Virus record (IMG/VR): IMGVR_UViG_3300028175_000001
DNA: 64,000 nt
DNA from: a virus
Taxonomy: Duplodnaviria > Caudoviricetes
Direction: 5' to 3' (one strand)
Shown here: positions 35,010 through 45,679 of the stretch, in pieces
Numbering within the stretch: the stretch's first letter is position 1
Layout: every line of letters begins with the position of its first letter
Made by a program: the position numbers and the translations under genes
Notes under the pieces: generated by a model
The model's input: the letters and a program-made list of their open reading frames with translations, nothing else
Databases searched by the model: none
What the model was told of the DNA's origin: nothing

Positions 35010-35866
35010 TAATCTCCCTCACTAAATGGATTTGATTCAGAAAAATCAATAATAGAATCCGCTTCTGTTTCAATAGTTATATTATTTGCAGAAGCATCAT
35101 TAACAAATATTTGAGTATTTGGTGTTGTAGTTACAGTAAAATATGCACTGCTTGTATTACCGACAACATTTTGAGAGGTAGTAAAGGTGCCCACTAAATC
35201 CGTTAATTTCAACAGTCTATCAGTAGAATTCCAAGACAACACTCTTCCCTTCGTATTTGCAGAACTTTCTGTGCTTCCAACATATACATATTCATCATCT
35301 ACATAATTTCCTGTTCCACCAGCATCCAATGATATTTCAATAGCATATGCATATTTATCTTCTATTGAGTCTATATCGTCAATTCCAGTATCAATTTTTT
35401 GATCATCATATTGAAATAGTTCACACGTTAAATCAAATATTGGTAATTTACCAAATTGATAAAACATAGATTCATGTTCGACAAATCTAACTTCGTATAA
35501 TTTTTTATTTAAAGGAAAAAATATTACATCGCCTTCTCTTGGCCTATCATAACCAGTATCTAAATTTTCCCATCGTCTTCTAGCTACAGAAAAAACTACT
35601 TGATCTCTTATTTCTAATCCAAATCTTGAAATAAAGTCGCCCTCTCCCTCAAAACCGTCAACTGATTTAACATACATTTCTATTAAATGAGATTGGTTAA
35701 ATTGTGAAATAGTATCTTCTCCCAAAAGAAGATCTTCATTCATATATTGTCTTGGAAGGTAATAGTTATCCACACCAAAATTTTTTATCGATTCTATAAT
35801 CAAATCTTGATGTAAATTTTGTTCTGATGTATTGTGTAGATGATTAAAATAAGAATTAGTAGGCAT
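35006..35866 (-). CDS. gp14: Neck protein
   Basis: EQNLHQDLIIESIK, YYLPR, IEMYVKSVDGFEGEGDFISRFGLEIRD, RPREGDVIFFP, LTCELFQY. Confidence 0.95.
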   Translation of the reverse strand: MPTNSYFNHLHNTSEQNLHQDLIIESIKNFGVDNYYLPRQYMNEDLLLGEDTISQFNQSHLIEMYVKSVDGFEGEGDFISRFGLEIRDQVVFSVARRRWENLDTGYDRPREGDVIFFPLNKKLYEVRFVEHESMFYQFGKLPIFDLTCELFQYDDQKIDTGIDDIDSIEDKYAYAIEISLDAGGTGNYVDDEYVYVGSTESSANTKGRVLSWNSTDRLLKLTDLVGTFTTSQNVVGNTSSAYFTVTTTPNTQIFVNDASANNITIETEADSIIDFSESNPFSEGDY

Positions 35867-36870
35867 TATCCTGGACCAACCATAAAGTCAACTGGTAATT
35901 CATATTTAAGAGATGCTTGTTCTTCTGTATCTCTCAATTCTTGATTTGCTTCTTCAAATAAGGTTCTCCCATTTAATGTGGTTCCTCCGGGAAGCTGTAC
36001 CCCTTCATATTTTATTAAATTAGCCCCCCACTGTCTTTTAAAAAGGGCTGTAATATATCTTTTTAAAAACATATCATTATATACATCTGCAAATGCAGTA
36101 GGATCAATTATTCTATATGCTTCTACTACAAGATATTCATCGACTTCAAGATCATTTTCCCAATCTAAGTCTATGTACAATCGATTTTGATGTCTATTAA
36201 ATCGTAGAGGTTTTTTTCCTACGAACATGTCATTCAACAATTGTAAATGTTGCATTGACATTTTATAATTTATTATAGAAGTAGCAGTAAGATAAGGCAT
36301 TTCATTTAAATGAAATTGATATCTAAATGAAAACATACTGCTTGATAATTGCCCCCCGCCAGTATCTTGTATATCAAAAATACCAGTCACACCAATTATG
36401 GAGTCATTTAATGTAATATAATGATTATCCATATCACCAAAAGTAACTAACGATGCATCAGTATCGGCTACTGCGGCCGTCCCACTTGAACTTCCAGTTA
36501 TCGTTTCAGCATTTGAAAAACTAGATGTAACATCATTATTTGAAATTCCATTCGTATCGTTATGTGATTTGAATGTTATAATAGTAGAATTTGCCGAAAC
36601 TACAGTTGCAGTTGCATTTGATGTTCCACCAGTTATTGTCTCGCCATCAGTAAAACCTGTTCCAGAAATAATTTTAACAGTTGAGCCAGTAATTTGATGT
36701 ATATTATACATTCTTTCAACACCATCAAAATGATATTCTTGAAAAAATTGTAACCCCTCATCAATTCGATCTTCTAATTGATCATCTTCTACATTTATTT
36801 CAATAACCGGTTGCCCTAATGTTCTAAGACAATATTGTTTTAACTCTTCTCTTGTACTAGGTTTTGCCAT
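35866..36870 (-). CDS. gp13: Neck protein
   Basis: KPSTREELKQYCLRTLGQPVIEINV, QFFQEYHFDG, KRQWGANLIKYEGVQLPGGTTLNG. Confidence 0.95.
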   Translation of the reverse strand: MAKPSTREELKQYCLRTLGQPVIEINVEDDQLEDRIDEGLQFFQEYHFDGVERMYNIHQITGSTVKIISGTGFTDGETITGGTSNATATVVSANSTIITFKSHNDTNGISNNDVTSSFSNAETITGSSSGTAAVADTDASLVTFGDMDNHYITLNDSIIGVTGIFDIQDTGGGQLSSSMFSFRYQFHLNEMPYLTATSIINYKMSMQHLQLLNDMFVGKKPLRFNRHQNRLYIDLDWENDLEVDEYLVVEAYRIIDPTAFADVYNDMFLKRYITALFKRQWGANLIKYEGVQLPGGTTLNGRTLFEEANQELRDTEEQASLKYELPVDFMVGPG

Positions 36871-36877
36871 TTTTATC

Positions 36878-38599
36878 TTAATTAGTATTTACAATTGATC
36901 CACCAGTATCCCTTACTCCTAATAGATAAATTGCTGTAGTAGGATGTTGTGTGGTGAGAAACCCCCCGTGGGTACCTGTCCAAATTGATCCGTTTGCTGT
37001 GACTGCAAACATATCAGCAGACGAATTTGCAACTGTAAGAATTTTTGTTGTCGCTGTGGTAGATAATCCTTTAACCAATAAAGAAGTACCAGTCGCACTA
37101 GTACTAGTTGAAAGAAATTCACCCAATGGTTCTGTATGAGCCTGATCAGACCAAATATTTATTCCTGGTTTATCTGCATTCTGTATAACACTAATTCCTA
37201 TTCCTGCATCTGTTGTAACTCTTAGTCCCATTGTTCCAGTAGCACCTGTTGCATCTTGTACTATATCAAGAATTGCTCTAGCATTTGTTGAACTATTATT
37301 ATCTGTAAGTTTTATCAAAGAACCATTGGCCGCATGTGAAGTACCAGTACCCAATCCATGATGTAATGAAAGTACATGACCCGTTTGAAATGAATCAGCA
37401 TTAATGTCAAAAACATTTGCGGTTGTTTGAGCCGCATCAATTGAAACTCCCATTTGGTCTACATCGTTTAAGTCTAAATACATTCCAGCTATTCCATCAG
37501 TCGAACCAACATTTACATGTAATTTACCACCTTGAGATCCGATAGTGTCTCCGCCAGCAAGTTGCATATATCCACCATAATCATTACCGAATTCCACCGT
37601 ATTAGCACCATCTGTAACTATATGCAAACTATCTGTTGAGTGATTATATACAAATCCTCCAGCATCAACATTATCAGGATCACCAAATGCAATAACACTA
37701 TTTGATACATTATTTGAAAGTAGAGTCAATCCAACCGCAGTATTACCTTCTATCACCATCTCATCAGCAACAGCCGATACTGCGGTTGCTGTCTGTAAAC
37801 CTTCTGCAAAATCTGTTCTTATGTGCAATCTACCTTTAGATGAAGTTGCAAGAGTTGGACTTGTCGTATATTCTGGAAAATTACCAATAGCAACATTAGA
37901 AGATCCTACATCTGTACCAAAAATAGGCCCGGTATTTGTTACAAGAACTGATGCACTATTTACGGATATATTTGCAGAATGCATAAATCCTCCAATAGAA
38001 TATGCATTACTATATGTTCCATTAGAAAATGTTGCGCCAGTAAATAAATGAGGACCCGGAGAAGACACTGTAACAACTTTATCAGAAGCCGTAATATTAA
38101 CGTTTACTTCATTAATTGTTCCACCGTCAATTGTGACAAGGGAAACTGTACCTAAATCGGCAACCGTTGCACCCGTAAGTGTGATTACAGATGATCCATT
38201 TGCATTGAAATTTCGACCATTTAAATTTATTTCACATTCATTTATTTGGGCTCTTTCAATTTTACTATCGGGACTAGCTCCAGAAATAGTTGCACCAGCA
38301 TCTTCAACTAACGCAAATTTATCAACAGTTCCAATATCAGTAACCGCGGCACCAGTAAAATCTACAATACCCCCAGTAAATATTAATCTAGAACCCGTTA
38401 CATTTGACCCCGTGACAATATTTGCTGATATTGTGTTGATTAAAAACCCACCCAAAGAATTAGCAGAAATCAAATTAGATGTAGGATTTTCATCTGAATG
38501 CTCATTCAATACGGTGATAATTTGATTGGTTTTCAGGCGCCATTGCTCAAAAGTGTTAACCAATTCTACACTAGTAATACTAGTATCAGATATTGCCAT
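36878..38599 (-). CDS. Fibre-like virion protein (fibritin/short-fibre position)
   Basis: N-terminal NTFEQWRLKTN attachment-type motif; GATVADLGTV repeats; IAFGD...GGFVYNHSTDSL fibre repeat; upstream of gp13. Confidence 0.65.
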   Translation of the reverse strand: MAISDTSITSVELVNTFEQWRLKTNQIITVLNEHSDENPTSNLISANSLGGFLINTISANIVTGSNVTGSRLIFTGGIVDFTGAAVTDIGTVDKFALVEDAGATISGASPDSKIERAQINECEINLNGRNFNANGSSVITLTGATVADLGTVSLVTIDGGTINEVNVNITASDKVVTVSSPGPHLFTGATFSNGTYSNAYSIGGFMHSANISVNSASVLVTNTGPIFGTDVGSSNVAIGNFPEYTTSPTLATSSKGRLHIRTDFAEGLQTATAVSAVADEMVIEGNTAVGLTLLSNNVSNSVIAFGDPDNVDAGGFVYNHSTDSLHIVTDGANTVEFGNDYGGYMQLAGGDTIGSQGGKLHVNVGSTDGIAGMYLDLNDVDQMGVSIDAAQTTANVFDINADSFQTGHVLSLHHGLGTGTSHAANGSLIKLTDNNSSTNARAILDIVQDATGATGTMGLRVTTDAGIGISVIQNADKPGINIWSDQAHTEPLGEFLSTSTSATGTSLLVKGLSTTATTKILTVANSSADMFAVTANGSIWTGTHGGFLTTQHPTTAIYLLGVRDTGGSIVNTN

Positions 38600-38816
38600 C
38601 TCTATCCTTACTTAATAATTTTAAAATTTTATTTACATTTTGTTGTATATTAATTATTTCATACTTTAAATTATTTATTTCCGCTTCATTAGACATTATC
38701 GTATTTGTTTGTAATACTTTATGCCTATGTTTCAATAAAGCCTGTTGGTCCGTTGCAATAAGCGCATTAGAATAACCATCTCTGTGATATCTTGGATCAT
38801 CTGTTTTTATTATCAA
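38586..38816 (-). CDS. Small conserved virion-region protein
   Basis: RDGYSNALIATD followed by a coiled-coil C-terminus; overlaps both neighbours. Confidence 0.6.
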   Translation of the reverse strand: MIIKTDDPRYHRDGYSNALIATDQQALLKHRHKVLQTNTIMSNEAEINNLKYEIINIQQNVNKILKLLSKDRDGNI

Positions 38817-41800
38817 GGAGCGCCCTCACTATCAAGAGCAATTGCACGTAAATTGATTAATTTAGGGATTCCTATAAAAGTATCTTGTGCAACTCTATCT
38901 AAAGTCATAACCAACTTAATCGCAAACGTTCTAAATTTTTCATATTTTCCACCAGTTGCAGATATATAAGCAATTTTTTCATCTATAGTCTTAAATTCAA
39001 ATCGTTTAAAATCATTTTCATTTAATGAGTAAGTAGCGCTTGCTGTTTTTTGCTCCATAAGAAACCAGGGTTTTTCATCAAAAGATTCAGAATCATCCCC
39101 CGAAAGAACTTTATAATAAACATAAATGTTAGATCCTCTTGGCTTATATGCATCCATATACACTTTAAGATCCATTGCATCAAAACCCTCTTCTAATGTT
39201 ACCCGTCTTGAAATATATCTAGCTTTTAAATTACCACCAGAAGAAAATGATACCACATTAGCTGGTTGAATATTTACACTATTATTAGCGCCTTCACCAA
39301 CAATATCAACAACTGCGGTTGTCGTTCTTCGTACATTATCAGAAATAGAACTCGTTCCGTTAATATCCCAGTTAGTAATAGTTGGTGTAGAAATATATCC
39401 TGAACCACCATGCTTAACAGTAACTTGATTTATAATACCATTTGCATGTACATTAGCGGCTATTGTTGCGGTATTTGAACCAATATCAGGAGCAGACACT
39501 ACAAACACGCTTGTATTACCTTCTGATGACACATTACTGGTTATACTTCCGACTTCCGCGGTGTAATAACCAGTACCAAAATCAGACACAACAATATCAG
39601 AATTTGATAAACTTCCATTGTTAATAAGATTTTCAATAGTAATAACACCTGTTCTTGTCTCATCTAATATTGGAGATAGTAAAGTGTTTGCAGATTCAAA
39701 ATAAACATTAATTGTAAAACTGCTATTTGCGACTTGTGGATATGTAATTTGTTTTTGTTTTTTGAAATCAACATTTTTATTTTCTTTAAAATGCACTCCA
39801 ACATTTTTTGTTATTCCCGCTAAATCTGTTGCATGATAATTAAAACTTGTATATGTGTTTGCAAAGCTGGTTATTTCTGTCGATAATTTAAAAGTATCTA
39901 TAGTTGTATTTGAACTCGTGTTTCCACTTGACACATCAAAATTATCTAATCTGGCATATGCATTCGCTGAGGTAAATTCACATCTATTCAATTGAAACAT
40001 TAAACCTTGATCCGGTAATTCTTCCCAAACACCTACATTTGATGGATTGAAAAAACTTCCAACATAAGGCTGTTTTGTTATTTTCTTAGAAGTTCCAGTA
40101 TGATAAGCACCATATTCAAATCCATAAAGTTTATATGCACTACTATTGGTTTGTACACAAATTGAATATTCGTCTGGAGCAAGAAAAATAGGATGATCAA
40201 ATTTAAACATCGTTCTTGTACCCCTATCGGTATTGCTTCTATTTGCAGTATATGAATTCCCTAAAAATCCGTCAGGAAATCCTCCACTAGTATTTGCGAT
40301 AGGAGTATTTGTATTTGCAGTAATTCTTCCAGGAGATAAAACAACCTCGCTTCCGGGTATAATCAAGGAAGTGCTTGGCATTCCATTAATCATAGGTCTG
40401 ATCTGTAGACTTACGGGAGATTTAATTCCCTGTGAAGCGTCTTTTCCACTAAAAAACAAAGTTACAGAATCAAGAAAAACACCTGTAGAATATTGATTTT
40501 TATCAATAAAAAAAGACTGAGACATAGGGTTCATATAATCGGTAGACGTTGATTGTCTTCCGTCAGAAGTAGATCTTGTTATTCTTTCTTCTTTAATGTT
40601 TTCTCGTCTAGAAATTAAAGGTCTAGGCGAAACAATTCCTAAATCAGTTTTAGCATCAATCACTCCTGCTGAATGAAAAATTTCTTCGGCAACTGAGGTT
40701 GTAATAGCGGGAATATTGTCAGGATCATCTGTTAATCTAAAAAGATTTTGTGAACCAGCAAACTTACCAGAAGGAACATTGAAAACGCCCCCTACAACAC
40801 CTTCAGAAGAAACTGTTAATTGAGAATCTTCAAAATTATAATGGGAAATAGCAGAAATAGAACCGTTTGCTTGTGTCCTGTCTCCTTGGATTACGGTCCC
40901 AATAGTAAAAGAAGTTTGGGCCGACATATCCGTAAGTAAAACAGTACAATTATTTTGATTGTTTCTATCGCTCATGTAAATAATTTTAGCAGTATTGCTG
41001 GCATTTACTCCAGAGCCCTGAATTGTAACTTGTTCAAAATTTCCCGAAGTCGTTCTAAATACATTAGACGAACTTACGTTTGATAAACTCACGATTGAGG
41101 CTTGCTTTACATTAGCCGACATATTGCTATCAGCAAAATAAGCATAAACATTTTTATTTGGCTTCAATCCTTTAGCAATAAAAGTTATTGATTGTTCTCT
41201 TACCTTTGGAACTATGCTTAAATTGACTGTTTTATTTCCGATAGATTTAATTATTTTTTCCGGTACACTTCCTGTACTCAATCCAGTCAATGTTTTAGTT
41301 TGATCTGTTGTTTTTGCTCTTCTATCATTATTTCTTACATCACCGGTGTCTCTTATGCCTTCTTTAACATTGTTATTAATTTGAGTTCCTGACCAAATTT
41401 CCTCCCAATCATTCCAATGAGTCCCGTGTCCATTATATGTTAATTCAGAAGAAGTCCAATTATCATATTGACCTTCAACGTTAACCTTTACTTGCACTAA
41501 ACTACTTTGATCATACCACACATCACCATACGGATCTAGTTTCATTTGTCCTATATAATTCTGAACGGAGAATGGATTTATTTGAAAAGTTTTTTGGACA
41601 TTTTTACCATCATTCGTTCCTGTAAGAGGCATTTGTATAAACGTATTTGAAGAAAACGGTAATGTTAATATTCCGGAATTATTTACTAAAGTTGAAAAAG
41701 CGGTTCCACCTTCAGAATTTGCATTAAAATTTAATGGATATAAATCTGAACTAAAGGATGGTCTTAATTGTCTCTTATCGTAGTCAATTGACATAGAATA

Positions 41801-44800
41801 ATCTTTATTAAAAACATCCCCGACACTATGTCCCGCAAATGGGTCTACAAGAATTCCATTTTTAAACCGATCATTATTATTAGAATCAGTAATGATTAAT
41901 CCGTCTGCTTCTTTTTCCAATAAGCTAAGAGAAACATAATATTCGAGATTTTCAATTCTTCTTTCGAGCTTACCGACATCTCTCATCGTAAATCTCTTAT
42001 TTTCAACATAATTTAATTTTACATCTTCTGCATTAAAAGTATATGCTGGTATTTCAAGATTATACAGTGTCATTGAATCTTCATTATCAGGAGGCAATTG
42101 CGAAAATTTATCAGAAACTCCTTCAATAACATCGAATGTTTTATCTCTATTTAATACAATTTTATCTTTTCTTGAAATATAATATTCATAATCTGCATTA
42201 AATGTATAATCATAATCAGGCATTGCTTTTTCATTAAATACATTAGATGTTGCTGTAATATCATTGATTTGCGAACTAGTTCCATCAGATGTTTCATATC
42301 CTATTCGTTTAGGCCTAAAATCGATCATATCTCGTAGTTCAACTTTTGTCCCAGTCGTTGGACTCGTATATGAAGGAATATTATCATATAGCGTATTGCC
42401 AGAACCAGCATACATATAAGAATCAACAGTAAAGGGACCATAACCTGTGTGATTATAATAATCAACGATTGCTATTACTTGACCACTTGGTTTTTGTTCT
42501 CCGGTTTTTAACGTTATGGTTCCATAATCATAATAATTGTCTTTTTGACCATTATCAAATATAAAGCTACTAGATATATTATGAGCATTTGCAGTATTAG
42601 ACATAGCCTCAGATATCATAGCATTTGTAACTTCAACATCTTCATCTAACGAAGATACAATTGCGACTAAGTTTTTAATATCAGATATTTTTAAACTGTT
42701 AGTCACACTAGGCTGAGCATTTATCGATGTTCCGAAATAAATTTGACCAGAATCTGCCTGAACGGTATTTGTCGAAGAAGATGTTATATTAGCAACTGTA
42801 ACATTTCCTGATACTAGGGTTTTTGTACCAATACCATCATTTGATCTTGTTGCTCCTGCTCCTTTAAACATCATTGTAGCATAAACATATATATTTTTGT
42901 TTGAATAGTTTGACGAACCTGCTCCACCATCCACATTCATGATCAATTGATCTCCAGTCTCGTTTAAGGTCATCGATCTATTGGTTCCCACCGAAGTACC
43001 TGAAGCATTACTAAATTCAATATAATCACCTTCTTTGTTTCCAAGGCTGGCTTCAGTACAAAAAACCAAATAATTTGAATCTATAATAGATGGAGAAATT
43101 GCTCCTGCACCAGTTGCAGGATAAAACAGTTCTCCTGGTTCTGAAGCCGTTAGAGTTACAGTATTACCCGTGAGGGTCGTTGTAAATGATCTTTTTAATT
43201 TATAACTAGCCTTTGACAAGCCTGCAAGTGTTTTATTTTGAAAAGGAAATACTAATGATCTTTGGTCTTCATTATTATCAAATAGAACAGTGTTTCCCGT
43301 TTCAGTTATATCATTTTTACCACTAATATCAATATTCATAGCATTATCAATAACTGTTGGTGTACCAGCCGTTGTTGTCACAATAGAACTAATATCTTTA
43401 ACACCAAAATTTAAAGAATAAGTTGTAGTAGCTTGAGTTGGTTGGGTCAATTCACTATTTAAAACGGCAGTATATGCAGTCGCCGGAGTTAAAGTTGTGC
43501 TAGCCCCAGTCCAAACAATAATCTCTCTAGTATCAGAAGTATTAACCCCCAAATAAGCAGTATTAACCGTTATTGTTGATCCAAACAAACAATTCACTGT
43601 AGGATAAGAAAATGCACCAGTCGTTGGTAATTTAATTTGAAAAGTATTTGCATCAGCGGCGCTTACAGTACCCTCAGTTTTATTAAATATAAAATCAAAT
43701 AAATGAGCATCGTATATTGCAGGATATTTTATATGATAAGTACCGTTTGCATCAGCACCGTACCCATATTCTGAGGTTACAGTAGACGATCTTCCTGATT
43801 TAAAATCAAGTTGTCTTAATCTTACTGTTCCTATTTTTGTATTTGCTACCGATGCGGCTGTAGTAGTATCAATACCTACGTATTTGAATGCTCCATTAGA
43901 TATAAAAGAAATGCCATTTGATGTTACTGTTCCATGAAGTTGAGTTGTTGAAGGCCACTTAACTAAATGTAAATCCATTAAGTCGGCCCCAGTACCCCCA
44001 GACATTGAGTTAATAGATGCAGAATTTACACCTAAAGTAAAAGCAGTATTGGAGATAACATCTGTTACAACTGCATATGGCCCAAATTCAATCCCCTGTT
44101 TCTCTGCTGAAACTGTTTCTGTATCTCTGGCTTTATTTAAATTCACATATGTAGGGAATAAAGTTTCATGTTCAAATCCTTTAATATATGCTTTTCCTGG
44201 ACTTAATTCCGCGGTTATTTTTGAAGAAACACCAATTCGTTGATTGATTCCCCCATCACCTAAAACCGTTCCAGTTGTTAATGTAAGAGACGTAGTATTT
44301 CCTATAGCGGCAACTTCTGCGGTTTTTCCAGTATTACCAGAAAAGAATATAGTATCGCCGACATTTACATCTGCTATAAAATTTGAACCATTAGCCGTAA
44401 TAATCGAACTTGCATTTGTTGATGTTCTGTCACTTGCTGTTCCTCCGATTTTATGATCAATAACATCAAGTACAAATGGTTTAACCGTAAAATCACCAGA
44501 AGCATCAAATGTTCTTCTTGCTAAAACCTTTTCAAGATTTCCCATTATGGGAAATTTTATTTCTTCTATTTTTTCACCATTTTCTAATCTTAATAGTTCA
44601 ATAAAATTAATATCCGAACTTCTAGCAATGGGATCAATCACACCTGTTATATATACAGGAGTTCCAGTAGCAGGGGTTGATGGACTACCCTGTATCAAAT
44701 AAGAAAATTCTGTAGTAGATCCGATTGCTGAAATTGTGTGTTTTCCATTATATTCTAATTCAGATATACCTGACACAACTACAACATCACCAATAGATAA

Positions 44801-45676
44801 ATTATGATCAGTCGTTGTTGATATACTTACTATCCCCGATCTATTATCTTTTGTGTTAATGGCAAACGTAACACCGGACGAATTTATTGTCTTACCCGAT
44901 TCGAAATACTCTTTTGTTGATAACACCAGTTCAATTTTGTATCTATTTGCCCCAGGTGCAGTATAATTAGGAGTCCCTATCGCATTATCTAAAAGCGAGG
45001 AATCTTCAATACTGGAAATGATATTTTCTACAATCGTTAATCCTATTCTTATGGAAGGATTGTCATTTTCAATATCTAAAATGAGATTTTGAAAAGGAGT
45101 TCGTACAAAATAACCACCAATATAAAATAATCCCTCATTAATACTAATAACAGAACCCGCACCAGAAGCCAGAGATGTAATATCTGTCGATTCATCCAAT
45201 CCATCAGCACTTCCGGCCACAGTCGCAAAAAAGACTGTTCCTGCATCAACTGTAGAAATCGTTTCATTGTCTAAAAATGCAATATTGTCAACATAATTTA
45301 TCATTAAAACGTCTAAATTGTCAGTCGAAAACTGTTTACTGGTTACGACTTCTGCTTTTGCACCAGATGTTTGACCTTGAATAATTCTACCGTTAAAATT
45401 AGAGGATATAATAGCAACACCAGAATATAATGGAGTCAATTTTAAAGAATTGATTTTATTATTTAAAATTAACTCTGCGCCCAAAATTTTAGAACCATCT
45501 TGATAGATACTATCTCCTACTTTCTCTAATTGAGTTTGCAGAATAGACTGTATCTGATTTAATTCTCTCGCCTGTACAGAATAGCCAGGCCGATATAGTA
45601 TTTTATGAAAATTAGTTGATTCATCAAAATCATCATAATAAGGTGATATGTTAAAATCTTGTGTTAATTTAGGCAT
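38813..45676 (-). CDS. Large virion structural protein (DUF4815-like)
   Basis: PYYDDFD...ILYRPGYSVQARELNQIQSILQ, PGKAYIKGFE, RIENLEYYVSLSLLE, RFKNGILVDPF, PMSQSF; 2287 aa. Confidence 0.85.
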   Translation of the reverse strand: MPKLTQDFNISPYYDDFDESTNFHKILYRPGYSVQARELNQIQSILQTQLEKVGDSIYQDGSKILGAELILNNKINSLKLTPLYSGVAIISSNFNGRIIQGQTSGAKAEVVTSKQFSTDNLDVLMINYVDNIAFLDNETISTVDAGTVFFATVAGSADGLDESTDITSLASGAGSVISINEGLFYIGGYFVRTPFQNLILDIENDNPSIRIGLTIVENIISSIEDSSLLDNAIGTPNYTAPGANRYKIELVLSTKEYFESGKTINSSGVTFAINTKDNRSGIVSISTTTDHNLSIGDVVVVSGISELEYNGKHTISAIGSTTEFSYLIQGSPSTPATGTPVYITGVIDPIARSSDINFIELLRLENGEKIEEIKFPIMGNLEKVLARRTFDASGDFTVKPFVLDVIDHKIGGTASDRTSTNASSIITANGSNFIADVNVGDTIFFSGNTGKTAEVAAIGNTTSLTLTTGTVLGDGGINQRIGVSSKITAELSPGKAYIKGFEHETLFPTYVNLNKARDTETVSAEKQGIEFGPYAVVTDVISNTAFTLGVNSASINSMSGGTGADLMDLHLVKWPSTTQLHGTVTSNGISFISNGAFKYVGIDTTTAASVANTKIGTVRLRQLDFKSGRSSTVTSEYGYGADANGTYHIKYPAIYDAHLFDFIFNKTEGTVSAADANTFQIKLPTTGAFSYPTVNCLFGSTITVNTAYLGVNTSDTREIIVWTGASTTLTPATAYTAVLNSELTQPTQATTTYSLNFGVKDISSIVTTTAGTPTVIDNAMNIDISGKNDITETGNTVLFDNNEDQRSLVFPFQNKTLAGLSKASYKLKRSFTTTLTGNTVTLTASEPGELFYPATGAGAISPSIIDSNYLVFCTEASLGNKEGDYIEFSNASGTSVGTNRSMTLNETGDQLIMNVDGGAGSSNYSNKNIYVYATMMFKGAGATRSNDGIGTKTLVSGNVTVANITSSSTNTVQADSGQIYFGTSINAQPSVTNSLKISDIKNLVAIVSSLDEDVEVTNAMISEAMSNTANAHNISSSFIFDNGQKDNYYDYGTITLKTGEQKPSGQVIAIVDYYNHTGYGPFTVDSYMYAGSGNTLYDNIPSYTSPTTGTKVELRDMIDFRPKRIGYETSDGTSSQINDITATSNVFNEKAMPDYDYTFNADYEYYISRKDKIVLNRDKTFDVIEGVSDKFSQLPPDNEDSMTLYNLEIPAYTFNAEDVKLNYVENKRFTMRDVGKLERRIENLEYYVSLSLLEKEADGLIITDSNNNDRFKNGILVDPFAGHSVGDVFNKDYSMSIDYDKRQLRPSFSSDLYPLNFNANSEGGTAFSTLVNNSGILTLPFSSNTFIQMPLTGTNDGKNVQKTFQINPFSVQNYIGQMKLDPYGDVWYDQSSLVQVKVNVEGQYDNWTSSELTYNGHGTHWNDWEEIWSGTQINNNVKEGIRDTGDVRNNDRRAKTTDQTKTLTGLSTGSVPEKIIKSIGNKTVNLSIVPKVREQSITFIAKGLKPNKNVYAYFADSNMSANVKQASIVSLSNVSSSNVFRTTSGNFEQVTIQGSGVNASNTAKIIYMSDRNNQNNCTVLLTDMSAQTSFTIGTVIQGDRTQANGSISAISHYNFEDSQLTVSSEGVVGGVFNVPSGKFAGSQNLFRLTDDPDNIPAITTSVAEEIFHSAGVIDAKTDLGIVSPRPLISRRENIKEERITRSTSDGRQSTSTDYMNPMSQSFFIDKNQYSTGVFLDSVTLFFSGKDASQGIKSPVSLQIRPMINGMPSTSLIIPGSEVVLSPGRITANTNTPIANTSGGFPDGFLGNSYTANRSNTDRGTRTMFKFDHPIFLAPDEYSICVQTNSSAYKLYGFEYGAYHTGTSKKITKQPYVGSFFNPSNVGVWEELPDQGLMFQLNRCEFTSANAYARLDNFDVSSGNTSSNTTIDTFKLSTEITSFANTYTSFNYHATDLAGITKNVGVHFKENKNVDFKKQKQITYPQVANSSFTINVYFESANTLLSPILDETRTGVITIENLINNGSLSNSDIVVSDFGTGYYTAEVGSITSNVSSEGNTSVFVVSAPDIGSNTATIAANVHANGIINQVTVKHGGSGYISTPTITNWDINGTSSISDNVRRTTTAVVDIVGEGANNSVNIQPANVVSFSSGGNLKARYISRRVTLEEGFDAMDLKVYMDAYKPRGSNIYVYYKVLSGDDSESFDEKPWFLMEQKTASATYSLNENDFKRFEFKTIDEKIAYISATGGKYEKFRTFAIKLVMTLDRVAQDTFIGIPKLINLRAIALDSEGAP

Positions 45677-45679
45677 TCG